A stretch of 64,000 nucleotides of DNA from an uncultured Bacteroidales bacterium (GCA_963791065.1 CAWBQN010000006.1:36319-100318), one strand, 5' to 3'; shown: positions 52,991 through 61,319, counted from the stretch's first letter. Made by a program: numbers and translations. The notes: generated from the sequence alone by a model not told the origin.

Positions 52991-54652
52991 CTAATTAAGA
53001 GTTTTATAAACTCTTACCCAGTCAATTTCCATCGAAGTGAGTCCATTAATCGGCTTATCGAGTCCGCCGGCTAGAAGGACATACATTGGTTCCTGGGGTA
53101 CATCAGTAGTTTTTGAGAAAATTTCAGAACCGTTTATTTTCCATACAAGTTTATCCGGAGTCCACTCAAGGGTATAAATAAAATAATCATTTGAATATTT
53201 TGATCCAATTGCTGTTTTGGATACGTTACCTTTATTGGGGAAATAATCGCACCATACTTTTCCTGCTGATGTCCTGCAGATATCAAGATGAGGTGCAATT
53301 TTATCGGCGAGCATCCAGAAGGCACTTTTTGCCATTGGATTTCCCAGTTTGATCTTTGCGCTGAAAACGCCGTATTTCTGTCTGAAGCTTGTGCCTGAAT
53401 TTATCAGTCCTGAAGTATAGCTGAACTCCTTTGTTGAAAAGCCTTTGGAAACAGACCAGACTTTACCTGTGATTCTCTGGGGTTTAGTATTAATTTTCAA
53501 TATGCTGTTCCGTACTTCAAAGTTCTCTTTTTCCGTGTATGCCTGTAGATCTGATTCAGCGGAATATCTGTCTTTAAGCAGCTTCTCGCCCCAGAAATGA
53601 TTGGTGAGCCATTTCCTTGTATCAAGTTTTTCACCATCAAACTCATCGCTGAATGTAAGCTCCCTGCGCTTAAGAATGTCGAACTTGTCAGAATCCTTTA
53701 CTTTAAAATACCAGATAATATCCTTATCCTTTTTCAGTTTCTTATACTCCTGTATATCCCTGAACATGTCAGACTTTTCAAATTTTTTACTGTCTTTAAG
53801 ATACTCTTTACTTTGTTTAAATTCAGTGGTTGCAACATAATCTTTAAGCTGATAATAGCTCTTAAGACGCTCGGAACCATCGGTATTCAGAAAATTAGCA
53901 TACTCCTTTGAAGATTTGAATTTATAGAACTCTTTTATTTCAAGGCTACCTTTTATCCTTTTATATTCAAGAAGCTTCTTATATTCATCAGAATCTTTGA
54001 AGGTTATTGGCTTCATATGTTTCTTGGCCAGAAATTCTGATGAGTTTACAAAAGCTTTAAGCTCTTCAAATCTTAGAATTGACTTGGTTTTTACTATTTC
54101 TTTTTTAGGTTCAGGCGTTTTAGGTGCCCGTGAAAAAAGCTTTCTTCTTTTCCTGGGAGGTTTTAAAAATGCCCTGATTTCAGGATCTTTTTTAAGTGTT
54201 TTGAATTCATCAAATTTCCGGTATTCATCTGTATCCTTAAAGGTGATTGGCTTCATCTTTTGCTTTTCTCTGAATGCAGGAGATTCAATGAATTTTTCAA
54301 GTGCCTCAAAATCAAGTATTTTACTCGAACCATCCATTTCTTTAAACCTTTTAAGCATGCTTCCGGATGTGGTTTTAAAGTATAGAATTATATCCTTTGA
54401 TTTTTGAAGAGCAATAAACTCCTTCTCCTTATAATATTCTTCAGAATCCCTATACCGGAGGGCTTTGAGTTCCTTGCATTTCTGGACAAAATCGGAAGAA
54501 TTAACCAGTCCATCCAGCTCATTATATCGTGCCAGCACCTCCGATTCTGAAAAAGCATTGAGCTTCTCAAATTCTGTAATCAAAGCTCTTTCAGTCAGCT
54601 CGATTTTAGAAGTCGAAGGGATCATTCCCAGTGAAAGCTTGAGACTTGCCAT
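52991..54652 (-). CDS. GH16-fold (concanavalin-like) protein lacking catalytic Glu residues, with Lys-rich N-terminal repeats
   Basis: C-terminal FSDEFDG...AFWML...EIDWVRVY matches GH16, but the ExDxxE position reads HLDICR (53273-53290). No signal peptide. N-terminal KPITFKD(T/S)DEY(R/K)K repeats. Confidence 0.7.
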   Translation of the reverse strand: MASLKLSLGMIPSTSKIELTERALITEFEKLNAFSESEVLARYNELDGLVNSSDFVQKCKELKALRYRDSEEYYKEKEFIALQKSKDIILYFKTTSGSMLKRFKEMDGSSKILDFEALEKFIESPAFREKQKMKPITFKDTDEYRKFDEFKTLKKDPEIRAFLKPPRKRRKLFSRAPKTPEPKKEIVKTKSILRFEELKAFVNSSEFLAKKHMKPITFKDSDEYKKLLEYKRIKGSLEIKEFYKFKSSKEYANFLNTDGSERLKSYYQLKDYVATTEFKQSKEYLKDSKKFEKSDMFRDIQEYKKLKKDKDIIWYFKVKDSDKFDILKRRELTFSDEFDGEKLDTRKWLTNHFWGEKLLKDRYSAESDLQAYTEKENFEVRNSILKINTKPQRITGKVWSVSKGFSTKEFSYTSGLINSGTSFRQKYGVFSAKIKLGNPMAKSAFWMLADKIAPHLDICRTSAGKVWCDYFPNKGNVSKTAIGSKYSNDYFIYTLEWTPDKLVWKINGSEIFSKTTDVPQEPMYVLLAGGLDKPINGLTSMEIDWVRVYKTLN

Positions 54653-54971
54653 TGTAAATTTGGTTTAGGTACAACTGATAAAGATAAAAAATCTTTCCAT
54701 AATAAACGATTAGGCCTGTTCAATTATTTGCTTTCGGTGAATTCTTGTGCCATAAGAAAAGAAGAATTAAGTCAATTATGATCCAAGGATGATAATCGAA
54801 AATCCTGTTGTGACATTATCAGAAATAAAGTCAGTCGAAGGTATCGCCGGTGCGAGTGATAGAGAATATCGATTTTTCAATATTCTGGCAACATTTCGAC
54901 AGCAGAATCAATTCCGCAACAATAATTAACCTGGTTTTTTTAAGGGCTAAAGTCAGTTTCTAGATTTTTTA

Positions 54972-54979
54972 TACTTTTG
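54972..54979 (+). promoter_or_regulatory. candidate -7 promoter box (TACTTTTG) for the methyltransferase gene
   Basis: Matches TAnnTTTG, 22 nt upstream of ATG 55002. Confidence 0.4.
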
Positions 54980-55001
54980 CGCATTACTAAAAAACAGATT
55001 G

Positions 55002-55739
55002 ATGGCCCTGGTACATGAATTAGAGAATAGCGGGAACTGGTTGTTTAAGAGGAGAAGCTGGCTTCCGGTATTCATAATAGCTGCAGGCATTGTTATGATG
55101 TATCTGAGCAACAGACAGGCAATCCTGTTTGATATGCGCGATGAACTTATTTTTCTCGGAGTAAGTTTGTTTGGACAAATAATCAGAATCCTTACGGTTG
55201 GTTTCACTCCGAAGAATACCTCGGGAAGAAATACAACTAACGGACAAATTGCTGATGAACTTAACGTAACCGGGATATACTCTCTTGTACGGCATCCTCT
55301 TTACCTTGGGAACTTCTTCATGTGGCTCGGACCGGTCTTATTCCTGAGATCAACCGGAGCCATTATTGTGTTCATACTTATATACTGGCTTTATTATGAG
55401 CGTATTATGTTCGCCGAGGAACAATTCCTGAGAAGAAAATTTGGAGATATTTATGACAAATGGTCAGAAACCGTAAGTTCTATTATCCCGTTTTCATTCA
55501 AATATATCCCCCCTAAACTGCCATTCTCCGTTAAAAATGTTCTTAAAAGGGAATATAACAGCTTCACAAACATATTTGTCATTTTTACCCTTCTTGATGT
55601 TTTCAGAAATTATTTTCTTTCAGAAAGGATTTATCTGACAGGCATGTGGATCTGGCTGTTTGCAGGTGCAGGTGCAATATGGCTGGCTCTGAGAACTATC
55701 GAAAAACGAACCAGGTGGCTGGAGGTAGCCGGGAGATAA
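55002..55739 (+). CDS. isoprenylcysteine carboxyl methyltransferase (ICMT)/phospholipid methyltransferase-family membrane protein
   Basis: Polytopic protein with the ICMT-like block GIYSLVRHPLYLGNF...EE. Confidence 0.75.
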   Translation: MALVHELENSGNWLFKRRSWLPVFIIAAGIVMMYLSNRQAILFDMRDELIFLGVSLFGQIIRILTVGFTPKNTSGRNTTNGQIADELNVTGIYSLVRHPLYLGNFFMWLGPVLFLRSTGAIIVFILIYWLYYERIMFAEEQFLRRKFGDIYDKWSETVSSIIPFSFKYIPPKLPFSVKNVLKREYNSFTNIFVIFTLLDVFRNYFLSERIYLTGMWIWLFAGAGAIWLALRTIEKRTRWLEVAGR

Positions 55740-55787
55740 TTATTGTATATCCCCTACTGGGAAATCAAGATCATCCCTGAATTATTG

Positions 55788-55852
55788 TCTACAATACTTT
55801 AACCGCTACGCGGTATGGAACAAATTGCCCGTAGGGCATAAAGTATTGTAGA
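55788..55852. other. 65-nt three-way-junction-like palindromic element
   Basis: A 14-bp outer stem (tctacaatacttta / taaagtattgtaga) encloses the hairpins accgc-tac-gcggt (55802-55814) and gccc-gta-gggc (55827-55837). Confidence 0.7.
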
Positions 55853-55910
55853 TGAAATCCAATAAATGAATATTTTTACCTCGTAGAGGTTAAAGAGGAG
55901 AAATAACTGA

Positions 55911-55950
55911 CAAAACAAAATCCGCTCAAATCCGAAAGATTCAAGCGGAT
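55911..55950 (-). terminator. intrinsic terminator of the Zn-peptidase gene
   Basis: - strand atccgcttgaatctttcggatttgagcggat followed by tttgttttg, 28 nt after the stop at 55978. Confidence 0.65.
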
Positions 55951-55977
55951 GAAGATATTATAATTTCTGAATCCGGA

Positions 55978-56655
55978 TCACCTTCTCGACCCTGTGAAGA
56001 TCATAATATAGTATAGCAATGTGGCAAGCGATCCGAGAGCGGCAACGACGTAAGTATATGCGGCCCACTTGAGTGCATCCTGTGCTTTCGCATGGTTCTG
56101 ATATGATGTAATACCTGCATTTGACAGCCATGCAAGAGCTCTCCTGCTTGCATCAATTTCAACCGGAAGCGTTATGAAACTAAAGATTGTTGTCAGAGCG
56201 AACAGCACTATACCTGCCAGTAATAAAGCAGGGAATGTCCTTACCATAAGTATGCCAGCCAGCAAGATCCATTGTACCCATTTTGAAGTAAAGCTGACAG
56301 CGGGAACCAAAGCTGATCTGAACCCGAGCCATGCATATGCTTTCGCATGCTGAACGGCATGCCCGGTTTCGTGTGCTGCCACTGCAGCCGAAGAAATGCT
56401 TCTCCCTTCGTATACCTCCCTGCTCAGATTAATAGTCTTATCCACAGGATTATAATGGTCAGTCAGCTGACCCTCGACGCTTCCGATCTTTACCCCTGTT
56501 ATACCATTGTCGCGTAACATTTTTTCAGCTACTTCGCGACCCGACATTCCATTGTCGAGAGGTATTTTTGAGTATTTGGTGAACTTTGATTTAAGCGTCA
56601 TACTCACGATCCAGCTCAGGATCATAAATCCTATAAAAATTATCCAGATATTCAT
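55978..56655 (-). CDS. YugP-like putative neutral zinc metallopeptidase
   Basis: N-terminal TM, HETGHAVQH zinc motif and C-terminal TM helices. Start moved to ATG 56655 because the ORF start is a TTG. Confidence 0.85.
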   Translation of the reverse strand: MNIWIIFIGFMILSWIVSMTLKSKFTKYSKIPLDNGMSGREVAEKMLRDNGITGVKIGSVEGQLTDHYNPVDKTINLSREVYEGRSISSAAVAAHETGHAVQHAKAYAWLGFRSALVPAVSFTSKWVQWILLAGILMVRTFPALLLAGIVLFALTTIFSFITLPVEIDASRRALAWLSNAGITSYQNHAKAQDALKWAAYTYVVAALGSLATLLYYIMIFTGSRR

Positions 56656-56841
56656 AACTTCATTTCCCTCCTGAAATTTTAAATTTATTAACCACTGCAA
56701 AACTTTTGCCAAAGCCGGTCTGGCAATAATATATTGTCATTTTGTCAGAAAAAATGGCTCAATTTGTGTTTCTCCGCATTCACCCCTTCACCCCTTCTCC
56801 CTCTCATGCCTTTTATACCTTGCAACTACTACGCCAGTTAT

Positions 56842-56849
56842 TATCTTTG
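56842..56849 (+). promoter_or_regulatory. candidate -7 promoter box (TATCTTTG) only 5 nt before the yidD ATG
   Basis: Matches TAnnTTTG. The spacing implies a leaderless or near-leaderless transcript. Confidence 0.3.
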
Positions 56850-56853
56850 TATT

Positions 56854-57162
56854 ATGATCAAAGCCATCAATGCTATATTATCTTTTCTTCTTTCTCTTCC
56901 GGTATTATTCTACAGGTACTCAATTTCTCCCTTTATACGACCATCATGCAGGCACACTCCTACCTGCTCACAGTTTATGCTTGATGCCCTTAAGATTCAC
57001 GGGCCCTTCACCGGGCTGTTCCTTGGCATGGCACGTATTCTGAGATGCCGGCCCGGAGGAACTCATGGGTATGATCCGGTACCTCTCTTCAGGTTCCGGC
57101 ATTACCGCCCTTTATCATCAATATTCACAAGGTGGGAAAAAGAAAACCGGCTAAAGAGGTAA
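56854..57162 (+). CDS. yidD: membrane protein insertion efficiency factor YidD
   Basis: YRYSISPFIRPSCRHTPTCSQFMLDALKIHG...RILRCRPGGTHGYDPVP. Start moved to ATG 56854. Confidence 0.88.
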   Translation: MIKAINAILSFLLSLPVLFYRYSISPFIRPSCRHTPTCSQFMLDALKIHGPFTGLFLGMARILRCRPGGTHGYDPVPLFRFRHYRPLSSIFTRWEKENRLKR

Positions 57163-57205
57163 GTCACACTCCCAACATTATGGGATTGTAAATTCGTTAA
57201 GTTTT

Positions 57206-57298
57206 CTCTGTGGACCTCTGTGCTTCTCTGTGCATCTCTGTGACAGTTCTTATTCTTCCAGTTACACAGAGAACCACAAGACACAGAGGGCCACGGAG
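57206..57298. repeat. two-armed phased CTCTGTG array (4 + 4 copies), probable bidirectional terminator
   Basis: ctctgtg at 57206, 57216, 57226 and 57236 (exact 10-nt period). Inverted cacagag/cacaaga/cacagag/cacggag at 57265, 57275, 57282 and 57292. Confidence 0.85.
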
Positions 57299-57316
57299 AA
57301 TACAAATGTTTCCTTT

Positions 57317-58069
57317 TTAGAAATTCAATTCCTCCTTCAGATGCTTATAGCCTGCACGGCTGACAGGCAGCTTATCGCCCGACTGAAGTATTGCCACATG
57401 ATTATCCTTGCCATAAGGTTCAATGCGCTTTATCTCTTCAACTTTCACGATATATGACCGGTGAATTCTTACAAAATCAGTTTTTGGAAGACTATCTTCA
57501 CACGACTTCATTGTTTGCTGTTTGAGGGCTTTTCCGGCAGCATGGTAAATCATGACATAATCATCCTGTGCCTCTACGTACCTGATCTGTTCAACAGGTA
57601 TAAGGTTGATCGCATTTCCTTTTCGGACCACAATTCTGTTGACAGGGGAGGAAGATTCCGGCTTTATTGCAAGAAGCTGACTTGCCGGTTCACTATTAGC
57701 GGTCCCTGACCGGATCTTGTCAATTGCCTTTTTAACTGCATCGAGGAATCGCCTTTTTGGATAAGGCTTCATAAGATAGTCGACGGCATTCAGTTCAAAG
57801 GCTTTTATGGCAAACTGATCATAAGCAGTTGTAAAAATGATCTCAGGCTTCTCGTTAAGAACTTCGACCAGTTCAATGCCGGTAAGTCTTGGCATCTGGA
57901 TGTCGAGAAAAACCAGGTCGGGCTTCATCGTTGAAATGGTTTTCAGGCCCGTAAAACCATCAGCACATTCGGCAATGACTTCTGTGGATTCAACTTCATT
58001 TAAGTAATGCTTAATGATTTCCCTTGCCGGGGCTTCATCGTCAATAATCACAATCCTGATCTTTTCCAT
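57317..58069 (-). CDS. LytTR-family response regulator
   Basis: REC domain (VIIDDE...DLVFLDIQMP...) plus a C-terminal LytTR DNA-binding domain (FVRIHRSYIV). Confidence 0.92.
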   Translation of the reverse strand: MEKIRIVIIDDEAPAREIIKHYLNEVESTEVIAECADGFTGLKTISTMKPDLVFLDIQMPRLTGIELVEVLNEKPEIIFTTAYDQFAIKAFELNAVDYLMKPYPKRRFLDAVKKAIDKIRSGTANSEPASQLLAIKPESSSPVNRIVVRKGNAINLIPVEQIRYVEAQDDYVMIYHAAGKALKQQTMKSCEDSLPKTDFVRIHRSYIVKVEEIKRIEPYGKDNHVAILQSGDKLPVSRAGYKHLKEELNF

Positions 58070-58145
58070 GTTTTGTGTTTCGCTGACCTGCTTTGGAACT
58101 ATACTTTTTTCGCTACTAAATTAAATATAAATTCTCAAATGACAT

Positions 58146-59198
58146 TTACAAATAATCTGCCGGGATGTAGAGGTTTACAGTATAGATTCCATTTTCTTTC
58201 AATGTTTTGATCGATGCTTTATTGCCATAGAACAATTCAAGCCTTCTGGTAACATTTAACAGACCAGTTCCGGTTCCTCTTTTTAATGATGGAGCAGGAT
58301 CGTAATTATTGCTTATACTTATTTGCATATAACCTTCTGTTATCTTTGCCTGAGTTCTGATCCTGACGCTCTCAGTACTTTCATATACACCGTGTTTAAC
58401 AGCATTTTCGTAAAGTGGCTGCAAAAGCATTACCGGGATTTTAAATTCAAGACAATCGGGTTCGATAGTCTCATCAGTTGTGAGCTTTTCACCGAATCTT
58501 ACCTTTTCAATGTCGAGGTATAATCGCAGGTTCTCGAGTTCATTTTGAAGTGTAACCGGCTGTTCGTCTTTTCTTGACAGAGCATATCTCATAAACTCTG
58601 ATAGTTTGACAACCATATCTCTTGCTTTCTCAGGATCGGTAATTGTCAGTGAACTGATCGAGTTCAGGCTGTTAAATAGAAAATGAGGGTTTATTTGTGA
58701 CCTGAGCATTTTTAGTTCAGTCTCCCTTACCAGACTTTCAAGTTTTGCCTCCTTTGCTTTTTTTTCAGAGAGGTTGCTCAGGCTCACGAAAAGATAATAA
58801 GTCAGAATGATGAGGCCGTAGATGAATACACCAGTTCCGACCCTGTATGCAAGGGTTTTATCCCAATATGCCAGGTAATCAGTTTGTTCCTGAAGAACAA
58901 TGGTCATAATGAACTTTGTCAGCAGTACCCAGATAGTTACAGTAAGAGCGCCGGTTGTAATAAGATTTGAAATAAGAGCCGTTACGCGTGGCTGTCCTGA
59001 GTTAAAGAACCTGAAAGGATACCATAATGCCAGTGCTATGCCGGAGTAGATCAGCAAAGAGACCAGACTATCGATAATACTAATGCTGATGAAGCTGCCA
59101 TACGCAAAATAAAATAACAGCGACTGGCCCAGCCCAAGGAAAAGCCAAACCAGCCACCATACCATAAATCGGACTCTGTTTACGAGTATCGGATGCAT
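58146..59198 (-). CDS. LytS-type sensor histidine kinase (His_kinase family)
   Basis: About five N-terminal TM helices, then LRSQINPHFLFNSLNSI and a HATPase-like C-terminus. Confidence 0.88.
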   Translation of the reverse strand: MHPILVNRVRFMVWWLVWLFLGLGQSLLFYFAYGSFISISIIDSLVSLLIYSGIALALWYPFRFFNSGQPRVTALISNLITTGALTVTIWVLLTKFIMTIVLQEQTDYLAYWDKTLAYRVGTGVFIYGLIILTYYLFVSLSNLSEKKAKEAKLESLVRETELKMLRSQINPHFLFNSLNSISSLTITDPEKARDMVVKLSEFMRYALSRKDEQPVTLQNELENLRLYLDIEKVRFGEKLTTDETIEPDCLEFKIPVMLLQPLYENAVKHGVYESTESVRIRTQAKITEGYMQISISNNYDPAPSLKRGTGTGLLNVTRRLELFYGNKASIKTLKENGIYTVNLYIPADYL

Positions 59199-59212
59199 CG
59201 TCCCTTGTTTGA

Positions 59213-59983
59213 TTAATAGCTTTTTATTTCTCCGCCGCCGAATACTACGGCACCTTTTATCACAAGCTGTCTTGTCGTATCAATGATTCTTCCGGGAATT
59301 AATTTCCGTGAATCACTGAATCCACCCAGAACCGGAGTCACTTCGATAGAAATATTCCAGTCATCAGGCACAATAAACGTCGCACCTCCGAATACACATG
59401 CAATTTCGAGTTCATTCCTTCCGGGAGCGAGTTTTGCTTTGGTGAGGTCAAGCTCCATACCTCCGAAAACAGCAGATATTTTACCACCTTTAAAATTTTC
59501 CGATACAATCTGACGCTCACCTCCGCTGAATACATTAACGTAATCGATGTAGTCATCACCTACTATGCCTGCTGAAGCAACAGAATTCCATCCGCGACGT
59601 TTTGATGAAATGAAGATAACGCCAATTATTATGAAAATTGAGGGCCAGAACATATTATAAGCATGAAAGGTTTCCCTGAATATCATTGGGATCAGGAAAA
59701 ATCCTCCTACTGCCATAACGATCACCCCCGATGTTTTTTCAGAAGCCCCAAGGGTCATGACCAGTCCTATAGCCACGAGAAGCATCGGCCAGCTGAAAAT
59801 AACGTGATCAATAAAATCAGGAAATATCCCTGTATTTCTCATTACAAGGAACAGGCCGACCAGTACAAGTACCACACCGATAATAGCACGGTTGTTTGTA
59901 AGATGATGGTGCTCATTTCTTAACTGATGACGTTCATCCCTGGCCTGGCGACGCTCATCTCTGAAGGTTTCATTAGTTTCCAT
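59213..59983 (-). CDS. LiaF-like membrane protein (TM domain plus DUF2154-type C-terminal domain)
   Basis: His/Arg-rich N-terminal tail, four TM helices, and a Gly-rich beta-repeat C-terminus (VFGGMELDL...VFGGATFIVP...VFGGGEIKSY). Confidence 0.7.
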   Translation of the reverse strand: METNETFRDERRQARDERHQLRNEHHHLTNNRAIIGVVLVLVGLFLVMRNTGIFPDFIDHVIFSWPMLLVAIGLVMTLGASEKTSGVIVMAVGGFFLIPMIFRETFHAYNMFWPSIFIIIGVIFISSKRRGWNSVASAGIVGDDYIDYVNVFSGGERQIVSENFKGGKISAVFGGMELDLTKAKLAPGRNELEIACVFGGATFIVPDDWNISIEVTPVLGGFSDSRKLIPGRIIDTTRQLVIKGAVVFGGGEIKSY

Positions 59984-60004
59984 AATCGTAAATGTATTTG
60001 ATTT

Positions 60005-60394
60005 TTAATTATTAATCTTAGGCTTTCTATTGAAAAGTGATGATAAAATAAATGACAGACCTAATATTACTATTACGGCAGGCCAATAGAAAGTTCTGAA
60101 GAGTTCAGGGGTTATTATGAATATATGGTCCTTGAGAAACCATACACCCCCCGCTATAAGTAACAAACCTCCTGTGAAATGGAGGTTAAGAATCATCAAA
60201 ATGCCAACGAAAATCATTGCCGTTTGCCAGGTAAAATAGCTGCTGACACCACCCAGCCCGAGCAAATCGTTTGTCGCAATAAGAAGCGCTGCTCCAAGTA
60301 CAATAAAAAATAGTCCGATGCTGACTCTTGGATGATGTTCCCTGCCACTGAGGTGAAAATGATCTCTGTGTCTATAATAATCTCCGTGTCTCAT
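60005..60394 (-). CDS. small LiaI/LiaF-TM-like membrane protein
   Basis: 129 aa. His/Arg-rich tail MRHGDYYRHRDHFHLSGREHH followed by four TM helices resembling the TM part of the downstream gene. Confidence 0.55.
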   Translation of the reverse strand: MRHGDYYRHRDHFHLSGREHHPRVSIGLFFIVLGAALLIATNDLLGLGGVSSYFTWQTAMIFVGILMILNLHFTGGLLLIAGGVWFLKDHIFIITPELFRTFYWPAVIVILGLSFILSSLFNRKPKINN

Positions 60395-60417
60395 AGTTTT
60401 ATTATTTTATCTATATA

Positions 60418-60425
60418 CAAATGTA
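60418..60425 (-). promoter_or_regulatory. candidate -7 promoter box for the LiaI-like / LiaF / kinase / LytTR cluster
   Basis: + strand caaatgta, which is TACATTTG on the - strand, 24 nt upstream of the start at 60394. Confidence 0.4.
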
Positions 60426-60548
60426 ATTCTTCAACCTTCAGCAGCTAAGATAAATTCGGCAAACAGCGTTTTTCTGTCGGTATCTGGCCTTTTACGACAA
60501 TAAATGTTACTTTTTTGTTGATAATTTTTTTAATTGAAGAAGGATTCA

Positions 60549-60556
60549 TATTTTTG
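60549..60556 (+). promoter_or_regulatory. candidate -7 promoter box (TATTTTTG) for yceD-rpmF-plsX-fabH
   Basis: Matches TAnnTTTG, 19 nt upstream of ATG 60576. Confidence 0.4.
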
Positions 60557-60575
60557 CAAACCAAAATTTAAAGAG

Positions 60576-61097
60576 ATGTCCTCAACATATACCATACAGT
60601 TGGGTGGATTGAAAGAAGGGCACCACACAATTGATTTTGAGATTGATAAAGAGTTTTTTGAACAGTTTGAAGAATCGGAAGTTAAGGAAGGAAGCCTGAT
60701 TGCGAATATTGAGATGGACAAGAGAACTTCTCACGCAGATATGATTATCAGGGTTTCCGGGAGCGTCAGGGTTAGCTGTGACAGATGTCTGGAGATTTTT
60801 TCCCAGCCCATAAGCAGTGAGAACAGGTTACTTGTTAAATTTGGGAAAAGTATAGAAGATCTCGATCCGGATATACTTTCACTTGCCGCAGATGAAAATC
60901 AGTTGGATCTGCAGCAGCAGTTATATGAGTTTATTATGCTTGCTCTGCCGATTAAAAGAGTGCATCCTGTTGATAAAAATGGTAAGAGCAAATGCAATCC
61001 GGTAATGTTAAAAAAACTGGAAGAGCTGTTAATAGAAGAGGAAAAGGAGACAGACCCGCGATGGGACGAATTAAAAAAACTAATGAACGACAATTAA
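60576..61097 (+). CDS. yceD: YceD-family (DUF177) protein
   Basis: Conserved position before rpmF. CDRCLE motif and acidic tail. Start moved to ATG 60576 because the ORF start is a TTG. Confidence 0.8.
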   Translation: MSSTYTIQLGGLKEGHHTIDFEIDKEFFEQFEESEVKEGSLIANIEMDKRTSHADMIIRVSGSVRVSCDRCLEIFSQPISSENRLLVKFGKSIEDLDPDILSLAADENQLDLQQQLYEFIMLALPIKRVHPVDKNGKSKCNPVMLKKLEELLIEEEKETDPRWDELKKLMNDN

Positions 61098-61108
61098 ATT
61101 AATTTAAA

Positions 61109-61294
61109 ATGGCACATCCTAAACACAAACATTCGAAGACCAGAAGAGATAAGCGCAGAACTCATTATAAGGCGACTCCACCGACGGTGGCGAGCTGTTC
61201 AAATTGCGGATCTTCAGTTCTATATCACAGGGTATGTCCTGAGTGTGGCTTTTACAGAGGCAAGCTGGCTATCGCGAAGAAAGCGACAGCTTGA
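61109..61294 (+). CDS. rpmF: 50S ribosomal protein L32
   Basis: [19 protein letters not shown]... with a CxxC...CxxC zinc ribbon. 61 aa. Confidence 0.95.
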   Translation: MAHPKHKHSKTRRDKRRTHYKATPPTVASCSNCGSSVLYHRVCPECGFYRGKLAIAKKATA

Positions 61295-61319
61295 CCTAGC
61301 TTAACTTAAAAAGTATAAT

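Noticed and set aside
53997-54407. 136-aa and 104-aa ORFs on the + strand inside the GH16-like gene.
   Set aside because: They mirror the Lys/Glu-rich repeats. AAA/GAA codons read as TTT/TTC on the other strand, giving Phe/Leu/Ser-rich low-complexity sequence. No independent support.
54789-54929. 46-codon ORF (MIIENPVVTLSEIKSVEGIAGASDREYRFFNILATFRQQNQFRNNN) in the GH16-like/ICMT divergent spacer.
   Set aside because: It is locally higher in GC than its surroundings, so it is possibly a gene remnant. It has no promoter box, no recognisable family and no hydrophobic or structural signature. The evidence is too weak to call.
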